Positions 51,180 through 60,015 of a DNA stretch of 64,000 nucleotides are shown piece after piece (position 1 is the first letter of the stretch; each line of letters opens with the position of its first letter). The notes beneath the pieces were generated by a model that saw only the letters and a list, made by a program, of their open reading frames with translations, had not been told where the DNA came from and did not search any database. Source of the DNA: an uncultured Desulfobacter sp. (lineage in GTDB: Bacteria > Desulfobacterota > Desulfobacteria > Desulfobacterales > Desulfobacteraceae); assembly GCA_963665095.1 (NCBI GenBank), contig OY762069.1:3776001-3840000 (forward strand), read 5' to 3'. Position numbers and translations under genes: made by a program.

Positions 51180-51301
51180 GTTTGGACGGAAACTTGCCCA
51201 GGTGCAAGGCGCAAAAGAATTTGTAACCGGAGCATACTAAGGTATGTGAGGATTGCAAATTTTTGCAGCAACGCCGCAGATGGGTGAGTTTACGTTCAAA
51301 C
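51180..51301. repeat. 122-bp long-hairpin intergenic repeat, copy 1
   Basis: Ends GTTTGGACG...CGTTCAAAC; homologous to 52925-53046. Confidence 0.85.
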
Positions 51302-51305
51302 ATAA

Positions 51306-52430
51306 TTAAATTCCTACGACATCGGATAATTCATTTTCCTTGAACTCAGACAGAGGCAGTGCCTGGTTGGGATCAGCACCTGCCCGGTAGTTAAAGGCGG
51401 CCTGGGAATCCCCGGCCACCAGGGCAAACAGCTCCATCACAGGGATATCATTGGGACAGGCATTGGAACACTGGCCGCATCCCACACAGGACAGGCTCAT
51501 ATGCGCCAGCCGCGTGATATGAAAAAACAGGGTATCCACCGGCAGTTTCACCGCGCCTTTGCTCTGGGCCCAGGACACATACTGGTAAGGATCATGGTCA
51601 AACACATCCGTGTTAAAAACACACTCCTTGCAGTAGCATACCGGACAGGCCACCCGGCAGTTGTAGCAGTTGACGCACCGTTCAAAATAGAGATCCAGTT
51701 TGTCCAGGGAGTCTGTTTTTTCAGCGGTATCCTTTAATACCTGCGCCCTTGTCTCCCGCTGTTTTTCAAGAAAGGTTCTTATGCTCTCCTTCCGGCTGGC
51801 GGGTTCGTCAAAAACGCCCAGGGACAAGGTATCCAGCATTGCCCGGCCCTTTTCAGAACCAGATTCAATCAGCAGCCGGCCCTTGACATCCATGCCGAAC
51901 AGGCCGATGCGGATATCTGCCAGGGGGCTGATAAATTCATCGCAAATGGCGCAGGCAGAGGCCACGGGCGCATCTTTGCTTTCCATCTGCCTGGCAATAA
52001 ACTGTGCCGGATCTTCATACCCGGTACTGTTGACCCTCTCATTCCAGGTCTTGTTGGAATAAGCGCCCAGGCAGTCCACACTGATCAGCACAAGATCGGT
52101 AAGGTCCGCCTGCTTCAGCTTGCTCAGTTCCACCAGCGCCCTTATCTCACATGGCCTGAGCACCGCAGCGATCTTTTTCCCGGACGCTTTGCGGGTGAGC
52201 CGGGAAACCTGCCTGGCCGCATTGAGCGCAAAGGAAGGGCTGAAAGGATCGGCCCCTGAAAGCTGCCCCGGGTCCGTGACCAGCACCGGCATGATGGCGG
52301 CGCCATTCCCCTTTCGTTTCGGTACCAGGACAGCATTGATGTCGGTCTCTTCCAGGACCCGGGCCAGAAACCCCTCAAAGCCTGAGAGGAGCTGACCGTT
52401 GCCAGTGTCGATAGCTGCGAAATTTGTCAT
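51306..52430 (-). CDS. FdhB/FrhB-like Fe-S protein
   Basis: LRPCE, SVDCLG, CVNCYNCRVACPVCYC, CVGCGQCSNACP. Confidence 0.8.
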   Translation of the reverse strand: MTNFAAIDTGNGQLLSGFEGFLARVLEETDINAVLVPKRKGNGAAIMPVLVTDPGQLSGADPFSPSFALNAARQVSRLTRKASGKKIAAVLRPCEIRALVELSKLKQADLTDLVLISVDCLGAYSNKTWNERVNSTGYEDPAQFIARQMESKDAPVASACAICDEFISPLADIRIGLFGMDVKGRLLIESGSEKGRAMLDTLSLGVFDEPASRKESIRTFLEKQRETRAQVLKDTAEKTDSLDKLDLYFERCVNCYNCRVACPVCYCKECVFNTDVFDHDPYQYVSWAQSKGAVKLPVDTLFFHITRLAHMSLSCVGCGQCSNACPNDIPVMELFALVAGDSQAAFNYRAGADPNQALPLSEFKENELSDVVGI

Positions 52431-52876
52431 GATGCCTCCCCGTGTGCCAGGTCAGATGTTTTGGCAGTGCCGCCGGCCGGCCCCATCTGTTTTGCCTGGG
52501 CCACCAGTTCCTGCATGGTATGGGCAAACTCAATACCGTCGCTGGCCCCGATCCATGTCAGTTTCAGCCGTTCCCTTTCAATGCCGATGCGCGGCAGCAC
52601 CGCATGCAGCAGCCGTATCCTGCGCCGGGCCTTGTAATTGCCATTGATATAGTGGCAGTCACCGGGATGACAGCCGGAGACCAGCACCATGTCAGCGCCT
52701 TCAAGAAAGGCCTTGATCACGTACTGGGGGTCCACCATGCCCGTGCACATGACCCGGATCAGCCGGACATTGTCCGGATACCCGAGCCGCGAGGTGCCGG
52801 CCAGGTCAGCAGCAGTATAGGTACACCAGTTACAGACAAACGCAATTATGAGCGGTTGGTATTCATCATTCATCAT
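52427..52876 (-). CDS. mvhD: MvhD-like [2Fe-2S] subunit
   Basis: CNWCTYTAADLAG, RVMCTG, GCHPGDCHY. Confidence 0.93.
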   Translation of the reverse strand: MMNDEYQPLIIAFVCNWCTYTAADLAGTSRLGYPDNVRLIRVMCTGMVDPQYVIKAFLEGADMVLVSGCHPGDCHYINGNYKARRRIRLLHAVLPRIGIERERLKLTWIGASDGIEFAHTMQELVAQAKQMGPAGGTAKTSDLAHGEAS

Positions 52877-52924
52877 GAGACGCCTCATTTAATAAATTAG
52901 TTAATGCCCCAACTAAAACCCCAT

Positions 52925-53046
52925 GTTTGGACGTAAAGTTGCCCAGATGCAAGGCGCAAGCAAAGCTGGAACCGGAGCGTACTTCAGTACGTGAGGATTG
53001 CAGCTTTGTGCAGCAACGCAGCAGGTGGGTGACTTTACGTTCAAAC
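52925..53046. repeat. 122-bp long-hairpin intergenic repeat, copy 2
   Basis: GTTTGGACGTAAAGTTGCCCA...TGGGTGACTTTACGTTCAAAC. Confidence 0.85.
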
Positions 53047-56000
53047 ACTATTCACCCGCGTAATGCCATCCATAATGCCGCTGAACTCGGCAAAAATCTG
53101 TTCCTTCTGAAAATGCCGGACCTGGGCCGCACCGCTGGGGCATGCGCCGGAGCAGGAGCCACACCCCTTGCACACGGCTTCATTGACCACCGACACCATG
53201 CGGCGGCTGTCAAACTCAATGGCGGAATAGGGACACAGCCCGATGCAGGTCTGGCACCCGGAACAGATGTCCGGGTCGATCCAGGAAATGGTGGACGGCA
53301 CCCTTACCCGGCCACTGGTGGAAAGAGCCAGAGCCTTGGCTGCAGCCCCTGACGCCTGGGCCACGGTATCCGGGATATCCTTGGGCGACTGGCAGGCCCC
53401 GGCCACAAACACCCCGTCCGTAGCCGTATTCAAAGGCCCAAGCTTGGGGTGCTCCTCCAGGAAAAACCCGTCCATGCCCTGGTTGATCCCGAAAATCCGG
53501 CCGGTCTCCCTGGCATCGGCCCGGGCCTCCATGGCCACGCACAGCACCACCATATCCACAGGAATCCGGACAGTTGCCCCGAGCAAAGTATCCTCACCAA
53601 TCACTACCAGTTTTCCTTCCTCCTGGCTGGATTCGGCAATGTCCGTAATTTCCGAGGCCTTGCCTCTGATAAAATGGGTGCCCTCTTCCTGGCACCGGCG
53701 ATAAAATTCCTCATAGCCTTTGCCAAAACAACGCATGTCAATGTAAAAATCATACACTTGAGTATCATGGCCGGTTTTCTCCTTGATTAAGTGTGAATAT
53801 TTCAGGGCATACATGCAGCATACCCGGGAACAGTATTCATGGTAATTGACATCGCGGCTCCCGATACAGTGAAGCAGCGCCACACTTTTGGGAGGTTTGG
53901 TAAACGCTAAGGAATTATTGCGCAAAAGAATCTGGCCCCCGGTGGGCCCGGTGGCATTGCTGATCCGTTCAAACTCCAGGCTGGTAAAGACATTGGGATA
54001 GACACCGTACCCGAACTGGGACATGGATGAGGGGTCAAGGGCGTCATAGCCGGTTGCCACAATAATGCTGCCCACCTCAATCTGACTGTATGTGGGCTGC
54101 ATGGAGTGGTCAATGGCATTGGCCTCGCAGACCCGGACACACTCCATGCACTCGCAGCACTCCTGGCAGTTCAGGCAGCGATCCGCCTCTTTATGGGCCT
54201 GGTCCGGGTCAAGGCCCTGAGTCTCTTCCTGGAATCCTGTTTTCCGGGTGTCCGGGTCAAGGTGGGTGAGCGTCTGCCTGGGTGCTGCTGGGCAGTTTTC
54301 CGGAATATCTTTATAACTGGGAGTTGCCTCTTTATTCTGCCTGGATAACACCGCCTCCTTTTCCTTGGCTTCAACGCTTTTCCTGTCCATTCCGGACAAA
54401 AAGGCATCAATGCCTTTGGCAGCCCTGTGGCCGCCGGCAATGGCTTCCACCACGGTGGCAGGCCCCGTGACCACGTCACCGGCAGAAAAAATCCAGTCAT
54501 CCGATGTCTGCATCCAGGTGCTGTCCACCAGGGGATTCAGCCGGGCAGTCACCTCGATATTCTGGCTGTCCAGCCCCTGGGGCAAATCAATCTGCTGGCC
54601 AATGGCGGTGATCACGCAGTCGCAGGGGATCACAAACTGGGAGCCGTCAATGGGTTCCGGCCGCCGCCGCCCGCTCTGGTCCGGTTCCCCCAGCTTGTTT
54701 TCCAGACACCCCAGCCCGGCGATCCGGCCGTTCTCCTCAATCACCCGGATGGGGGTAACCAGCGATTTGATCACGATACCCTCTTCCCCGGCACCAGTGA
54801 TTTCATCCGCATAGGCCGGCATTTCCGCTTCACTGCGCCGGTAGGCCAGCGTTACCTCAGATGCCCCGAGCCGGGCTGCCACCCGGGCTGCGTCCACGGC
54901 CACATTTCCGCCGCCCACCACCACCACCTGCCGGCCCGGACAGGTGCGGTCCCCGTCATTGGCCCGGCGCAGAAAGGTGATGGCATCCATCACCCTGTCC
55001 ATCTTTTCACCGGGGATGCCCAGGGTCAAAGCGCTCTGGGCGCCAATGCCTAAAAACAGGGCATCATACCCGTCATTTTTCAACTCACCCGGGGTAAAAT
55101 CCCGCCCTAAATGCACCCCTGTGACAATCTCCACGCCCATGCGCCGGATATAATTAATCTCTTTTTCCAGCACCTCGGGCGGAAGCCGGTAATCGGGGAT
55201 GCCGGTGCGCATCATGCCGCCTGCTTTATCTGATGACTCAAACACCTTGACCTGGTATCCCTTGAGCCGAAGGTCATAGGCCACGGTGAGGCCGGCAGGA
55301 CCCGCCCCGATCACGGCCACCTTCCGGCCCTTTTCCTGAATGTGGGGAATGGCCAGGGTATCCATATCCACCTGGTCCGCGGCAAACCGCTTAAGATCCC
55401 GGATGGCCACGGCACTGTCCACGTCCGCCCTGCGGCAGGCTGCCTCACATGGATGGGGGCAGACCCGGCCCAGCACCCCGGGAAAGGGAATCTTTTCCAT
55501 GATCAGGCGAAGCGCCTTTTCATACTCGCCTTTCTTGATCAGCTGCACATAGCCCTGGACATTGGCATGGGCCGGACAGGTCTCAACACAGGGGGCCTTA
55601 TCCTTTTTCTCTATGCAGTAGGTGATGGGAACCGCCTGGGGGAAAGCCCGGTAAATGGCGTTTCGCGGGCCTAAACTCTCGTCCCACTCGCTGGGGGATG
55701 TCACCGGACACGCCTTGGCACACTCCCCACACCCGGTGCAAAGGTCGCTTTTGATAAACCGCGGTTTATGTTTGATCCTTACCTTGTAATTGCCAATGTA
55801 CCCCTCCACTTCCTGGACCTCGGAATAGGAAAAGAGCGTGATATTGTGGTTCTGGGCCACCTCCACCATTTTCGGGGTGCCGATACAGGCGGCACAGTCC
55901 AGGGTGGGAAAGGTCTTGTCAAACTGGAGCATGTGCCCGCCAATGGTGGTGGATTTCTCCACCAGCCAGGCTTTGCGGCCTGACGCCCCGATATCCAGGG

Positions 56001-56469
56001 CCGCCTGCATACCGGCAATGCCGCCGCCCACCACCAGCACATCCGGATGGACATTTACATGGCGGATACCCAGTTTATGGTGGTGTTTGACCCGGTTCAC
56101 AGCGCCGGCAATCAGGGTTTTCGCCTTTCGCGTCGCACAGTCTTTGTCCAGGGTGACCCAGGAGACCTGCTCCCGGATGGAGGCCATCTGGAATAAAAAT
56201 GGATTGAGTCCTGCCCTGCTGCAGGCGGACTGAAAAGTTTTTTCGTGGAGCCGTGGCGAACAGGAGGCCACCACCACCCGGTTCAGCCCATACTGTTTGA
56301 TATCGTTTTCAATCATCTCCTGACCGGGATCGGAACACATGAATTTATAGTCCCTGGCCACGCAAACATCTTCAAGGGTCCCGGCAAACTGCGCCACCTT
56401 GGCAACATCCACTTTATGGGCGATATTAATTCCGCAATGGCAGATATAGCAGCCGATTTTGAGTGACAT
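53041..56469 (-). CDS. hdrA: HdrA/HdrL-like protein with an inserted GltD-like NAD(P)H oxidoreductase module
   Basis: CHCGINI, KTFPTLDC, CIGSRD..CSRVCCMY; insert APCVETCP..GRVCPHPCE..GAGPAG..GGGNVA. Confidence 0.9.
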   Translation of the reverse strand: MSLKIGCYICHCGINIAHKVDVAKVAQFAGTLEDVCVARDYKFMCSDPGQEMIENDIKQYGLNRVVVASCSPRLHEKTFQSACSRAGLNPFLFQMASIREQVSWVTLDKDCATRKAKTLIAGAVNRVKHHHKLGIRHVNVHPDVLVVGGGIAGMQAALDIGASGRKAWLVEKSTTIGGHMLQFDKTFPTLDCAACIGTPKMVEVAQNHNITLFSYSEVQEVEGYIGNYKVRIKHKPRFIKSDLCTGCGECAKACPVTSPSEWDESLGPRNAIYRAFPQAVPITYCIEKKDKAPCVETCPAHANVQGYVQLIKKGEYEKALRLIMEKIPFPGVLGRVCPHPCEAACRRADVDSAVAIRDLKRFAADQVDMDTLAIPHIQEKGRKVAVIGAGPAGLTVAYDLRLKGYQVKVFESSDKAGGMMRTGIPDYRLPPEVLEKEINYIRRMGVEIVTGVHLGRDFTPGELKNDGYDALFLGIGAQSALTLGIPGEKMDRVMDAITFLRRANDGDRTCPGRQVVVVGGGNVAVDAARVAARLGASEVTLAYRRSEAEMPAYADEITGAGEEGIVIKSLVTPIRVIEENGRIAGLGCLENKLGEPDQSGRRRPEPIDGSQFVIPCDCVITAIGQQIDLPQGLDSQNIEVTARLNPLVDSTWMQTSDDWIFSAGDVVTGPATVVEAIAGGHRAAKGIDAFLSGMDRKSVEAKEKEAVLSRQNKEATPSYKDIPENCPAAPRQTLTHLDPDTRKTGFQEETQGLDPDQAHKEADRCLNCQECCECMECVRVCEANAIDHSMQPTYSQIEVGSIIVATGYDALDPSSMSQFGYGVYPNVFTSLEFERISNATGPTGGQILLRNNSLAFTKPPKSVALLHCIGSRDVNYHEYCSRVCCMYALKYSHLIKEKTGHDTQVYDFYIDMRCFGKGYEEFYRRCQEEGTHFIRGKASEITDIAESSQEEGKLVVIGEDTLLGATVRIPVDMVVLCVAMEARADARETGRIFGINQGMDGFFLEEHPKLGPLNTATDGVFVAGACQSPKDIPDTVAQASGAAAKALALSTSGRVRVPSTISWIDPDICSGCQTCIGLCPYSAIEFDSRRMVSVVNEAVCKGCGSCSGACPSGAAQVRHFQKEQIFAEFSGIMDGITRVNSV

Positions 56470-57018
56470 ATAATTTTCTCCCCGGCAAACTGTTTATTAA
56501 TCCTGAAATGAGTGCAACAAACCGTTTTTCAGACACAAATTTTCTGGATAAAAAGCTTTTTACAGCAGGTATTAATTTCAGGAGGGATTCTGGGGGAACA
56601 GAGAATTCAACACAGGAACTGCGAAAACAGGTGTCAGCCAGAGAAGACAGTGTACTTCTCTCCAGTATACTTTTAACCTTTTTAGGGTACTCAAACCTGC
56701 GACTCATCTTGATCCTCCGTGATTCGTTGGATTAAGATCTCGCTAAACCGCTCATTTAACTGGCGGCGAACTTTTTCTTTTTTTCACTATATCGGTTTAA
56801 GGAAAGATGTGTCAAGGCCATTTCCCGGGTTCCGGTCAAAGCCTTTGCCATCATCGTCTTCAGGCTACCTGATAATTGTGATCCTTATCTTTAACCAAGC
56901 TGCCTGAACTAGAATTTTTAATGAGTCGCTACTTTTTGTATTTTTTAAAAATTTGGTAATAATCCAATATTAAGATAGAAGCGACTCATTTCATCAAAAA
57001 AATATTGAGCTGCCGGTA

Positions 57019-58788
57019 TTAGCAGTCCTGTTTATTTTTTGAGCTTAGCTCGGGAAAATCCCAGTAGAAATATTCTTTCACCTCTTCCTCACTTCCTTCC
57101 CCCTTCCGGCTGACCTCAGCATCACGCAGTTCAATACGCCGGATTTTGCCGGAAATGGTTTTAGGAACCTCTGGAACAAACTCAATAATTCTGGGAATTT
57201 TAAATTTAGCAAGGATATTCATGGTGTGCTTGAACAGTTCCAGGGCCAGTTCCCTGGACCCGGTCTGACCGGGATTTAAAATCACATAGGCTTTGACCAG
57301 CTGATACCGGTTGGGATCCGGGGCACCCACCACCGCAGCTTCAGCCACGGCCGGATGCTCAAGCAGCGCACTTTCCACCTCAAAGGGGCCAATGCGGTAG
57401 TCACTGGATTTAATCACATCATCAGCCCGCCCCACAAACCACCAGTAACCGTCGGAATCAAAGGAGGCCCTGTCTCCGGTATAATAGTAGTTATCCACAA
57501 ACACGGATGACATTTTTTCCGGATTGCCGATATACTCCTTGAACAGGCCTGCGGGCTGCCAGTTCTCCAGCTTGACCACAATGTGACCAACCATATCCGG
57601 CTCAGTGATTTCATTGCCCTCATCATCGGCCAACGCCACGTCATACATGGGAGAGGGTGTGCCAAAGGAACCGGCACGCATTCTGTCTGATGCCCAGGGC
57701 GGGTTCCCGATCATGGCCGTGGACTCTGTCTGTCCGTAAAAATCCCTGATCAGCGTACCGGTATGTCCCTTCCAGCGGGTGATTACTTCCGGATTCAACG
57801 GCTCTCCTGCAGAAACAGACTGACGCAGACAGGAAAGATCAATACCCTCAAAATCCATATTCACAAACATGCGCCAGGCCGTGGGCGGTGCACAGAAGGT
57901 GGTCACCTGATACCTCGCCACTGCTTCCAGATACGCTTTTGCATCCAGGGAATCAAACCGGAAAGCCGTCACCGTCGCGCCCACATTAAAGGGGACAAAA
58001 AATGAAGACCAGGCCCACTTCCCCCACCCCGGGGCACTCAGGTTATGATGGATATCATCCGGTGTAAGCCCCATCATCACCGTGGTGGACAGATGGCCCA
58101 CAGGGTATGACGCAGCTGTATGCCCGACCCGTTTGGGAAGTCCGGTGGTACCCGAGGTAAAAAAGCAGAACAGAATATCATCCGATGCTGTGTCCGCGGC
58201 ATCTGCCCTATCTGAAGCTTCGGCCACCTCATCATAGGAGATCCAGCCTGAAGCCTCTCCCAGGACCAGTTTGACCCGGGGAACGATTCCGGTTTCCCTG
58301 ATGGCGTCCTCAATAAGTTCGACGTTGGCCTGATCCACCAGAATCACATCCGGCTTATAGGTTTCAAATCTGAATTCCAGCTCCCTGGCTGTCATGGTCG
58401 TGGCTGTGGGAACGGAAACAATACCTGCTTTGATGCAGGCAAGGCTTGCAAACCAGATTTCAGGGCACAGGGGCACCATCAGATACATATTGTCCTTAAG
58501 ACCCACCCCGCGATCTGCCAGAAAATTGATCAGCTGGTTGGCCTTCCGGGACATTTCAAGGTAGGAAAAACGACTGGATTCAAGGGTACGCAGATCTTCA
58601 TAAACCAGGGCGGTTTTATCCGGTGTCCGGGCCACATGAATTCCTTCAAACACCTGGGCAACCCAGTTGAATGAATCCGGCATTGCCATGCTATTCAAAG
58701 TATCAAAAAATGTCTTTGCCCGGGCCTGTTTGTCAGCGTCATCCGGCATCTGATTAATACCGATAATCTGTTCGTAAAGCGCTTTCAT
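57019..58788 (-). CDS. AMP-forming short/medium-chain acyl-CoA synthetase
   Basis: FTSGTTGLPK, FYGQTE, TGD, GRADD, PKTISGKIRR. Confidence 0.92.
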   Translation of the reverse strand: MKALYEQIIGINQMPDDADKQARAKTFFDTLNSMAMPDSFNWVAQVFEGIHVARTPDKTALVYEDLRTLESSRFSYLEMSRKANQLINFLADRGVGLKDNMYLMVPLCPEIWFASLACIKAGIVSVPTATTMTARELEFRFETYKPDVILVDQANVELIEDAIRETGIVPRVKLVLGEASGWISYDEVAEASDRADAADTASDDILFCFFTSGTTGLPKRVGHTAASYPVGHLSTTVMMGLTPDDIHHNLSAPGWGKWAWSSFFVPFNVGATVTAFRFDSLDAKAYLEAVARYQVTTFCAPPTAWRMFVNMDFEGIDLSCLRQSVSAGEPLNPEVITRWKGHTGTLIRDFYGQTESTAMIGNPPWASDRMRAGSFGTPSPMYDVALADDEGNEITEPDMVGHIVVKLENWQPAGLFKEYIGNPEKMSSVFVDNYYYTGDRASFDSDGYWWFVGRADDVIKSSDYRIGPFEVESALLEHPAVAEAAVVGAPDPNRYQLVKAYVILNPGQTGSRELALELFKHTMNILAKFKIPRIIEFVPEVPKTISGKIRRIELRDAEVSRKGEGSEEEVKEYFYWDFPELSSKNKQDC

Positions 58789-58927
58789 ACTTTGGGAAAC
58801 ACTCCTTGCAATCCAGTTTAATCTTAGGTATAGCTGGTCAAAAAATATTGATTGTATAATGGATCGCCCCTGTGTTTGTCAAAAGTTTTATTGCCCAAAG
58901 CCCGAAAATCAAGGAAAAAGACCTTTC

Positions 58928-59956
58928 ATGACAGAGAATTCCACAGAAAACCTGCCATTTTTAATGCTGGCACCGTTGCAGGGTTTCACCGATGTGGTGT
59001 TCAGGCAGGTATTTGCCCGGCATTTCACCGGCATTGACCAGGCCATGGCCCCGTTTATCTCCACCATGGGAGGCCGGCGCCTGAAACCGTCGAGAATCAG
59101 AGACGTGGACCCGCAGTTGAATAAGACCCTTTCCGTTATCCCCCAGATTCTGGGTAACAATCCGGAAGATTTTATCTATCTGGCGGACTATCTTTTTGAC
59201 ATGGGGTACAGGCAGGTGAACTGGAACCTGGGATGTCCCCACTCCAAAATTGCGAAAAAACAACGCGGTTCAGGACTGCTGTCTCACCCGGATAGAATTG
59301 ATGAATTTCTTTCCCGGGTCATCCCGGCCATGAAAGCATCCCTGAGTGTAAAAATCCGCCTGGGACGAAAAACAGCAGAAGAGATAAATGATCTCATGCC
59401 GGTATTTAATAACCACACTCTGGATGAGATTATTCTGCATCCGAGAACCGGTGATCAGATGTACACGGGCAACGCTGATCTTGACGCCTTTGAAAAAGCC
59501 ATGACGGACTGTACTCACCCCATGGTATACAACGGGGATATTGTGGATCTTTTATCCTGGGAACGGGTAAAAAACCGGTTGCCAGTAATACACCGGTTCA
59601 TGATCGGCAGGGGGATTCTCTCCAATCCCTTTCTGGCTGAACAGATCAAGGAAAGTGGCCTGGATTCTCCGGCCCCGGAAAAAGACCATGCACGCCTCAA
59701 GGCTTTTTACCAGGATTTGTTTGAAACCTATAAAGAGGTTTTCTCAGGGCCTGGGCATTTGATTGGTCGCATGAAGGGATTCTGGACCTATATGGGGCCC
59801 TGTTTCGCAGATTATAAAAAACCGCTGAAAAAAATTTTGAAGAGCCATTCCCTGCCGGAATATTGCGACCGGGTGGAAGAGTTCTGGAGGTTGAAGCTGA
59901 CATTCATCCCCGTCAGGAGAGATCAGGCAGATATCAAACAGGCCCGGACCGAATAA
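58928..59956 (+). CDS. tRNA-dihydrouridine synthase family protein
   Basis: LAPLQG, NLGCP, SVKIRLG, HPRT, NGDI, MIGRG. Confidence 0.9.
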   Translation: MTENSTENLPFLMLAPLQGFTDVVFRQVFARHFTGIDQAMAPFISTMGGRRLKPSRIRDVDPQLNKTLSVIPQILGNNPEDFIYLADYLFDMGYRQVNWNLGCPHSKIAKKQRGSGLLSHPDRIDEFLSRVIPAMKASLSVKIRLGRKTAEEINDLMPVFNNHTLDEIILHPRTGDQMYTGNADLDAFEKAMTDCTHPMVYNGDIVDLLSWERVKNRLPVIHRFMIGRGILSNPFLAEQIKESGLDSPAPEKDHARLKAFYQDLFETYKEVFSGPGHLIGRMKGFWTYMGPCFADYKKPLKKILKSHSLPEYCDRVEEFWRLKLTFIPVRRDQADIKQARTE

Positions 59957-60015
59957 ATCCGGTCCGGGCTGTTGGCCAACTGGCTGTGCTGCTTGGGGCA
60001 TGCGATTATCTGCGC

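Noticed and set aside
46145..56469. Selenocysteine recoding in Hdr/MvhD subunits
   Set aside because: The ORFs are full length with Cys at the motif positions; no in-frame TGA is needed
56815..56855. Sigma54 promoter for the hdr operon (TGGCAAAGGCTTTGA, minus strand)
   Set aside because: The -12 position reads GA instead of the near-invariant GC
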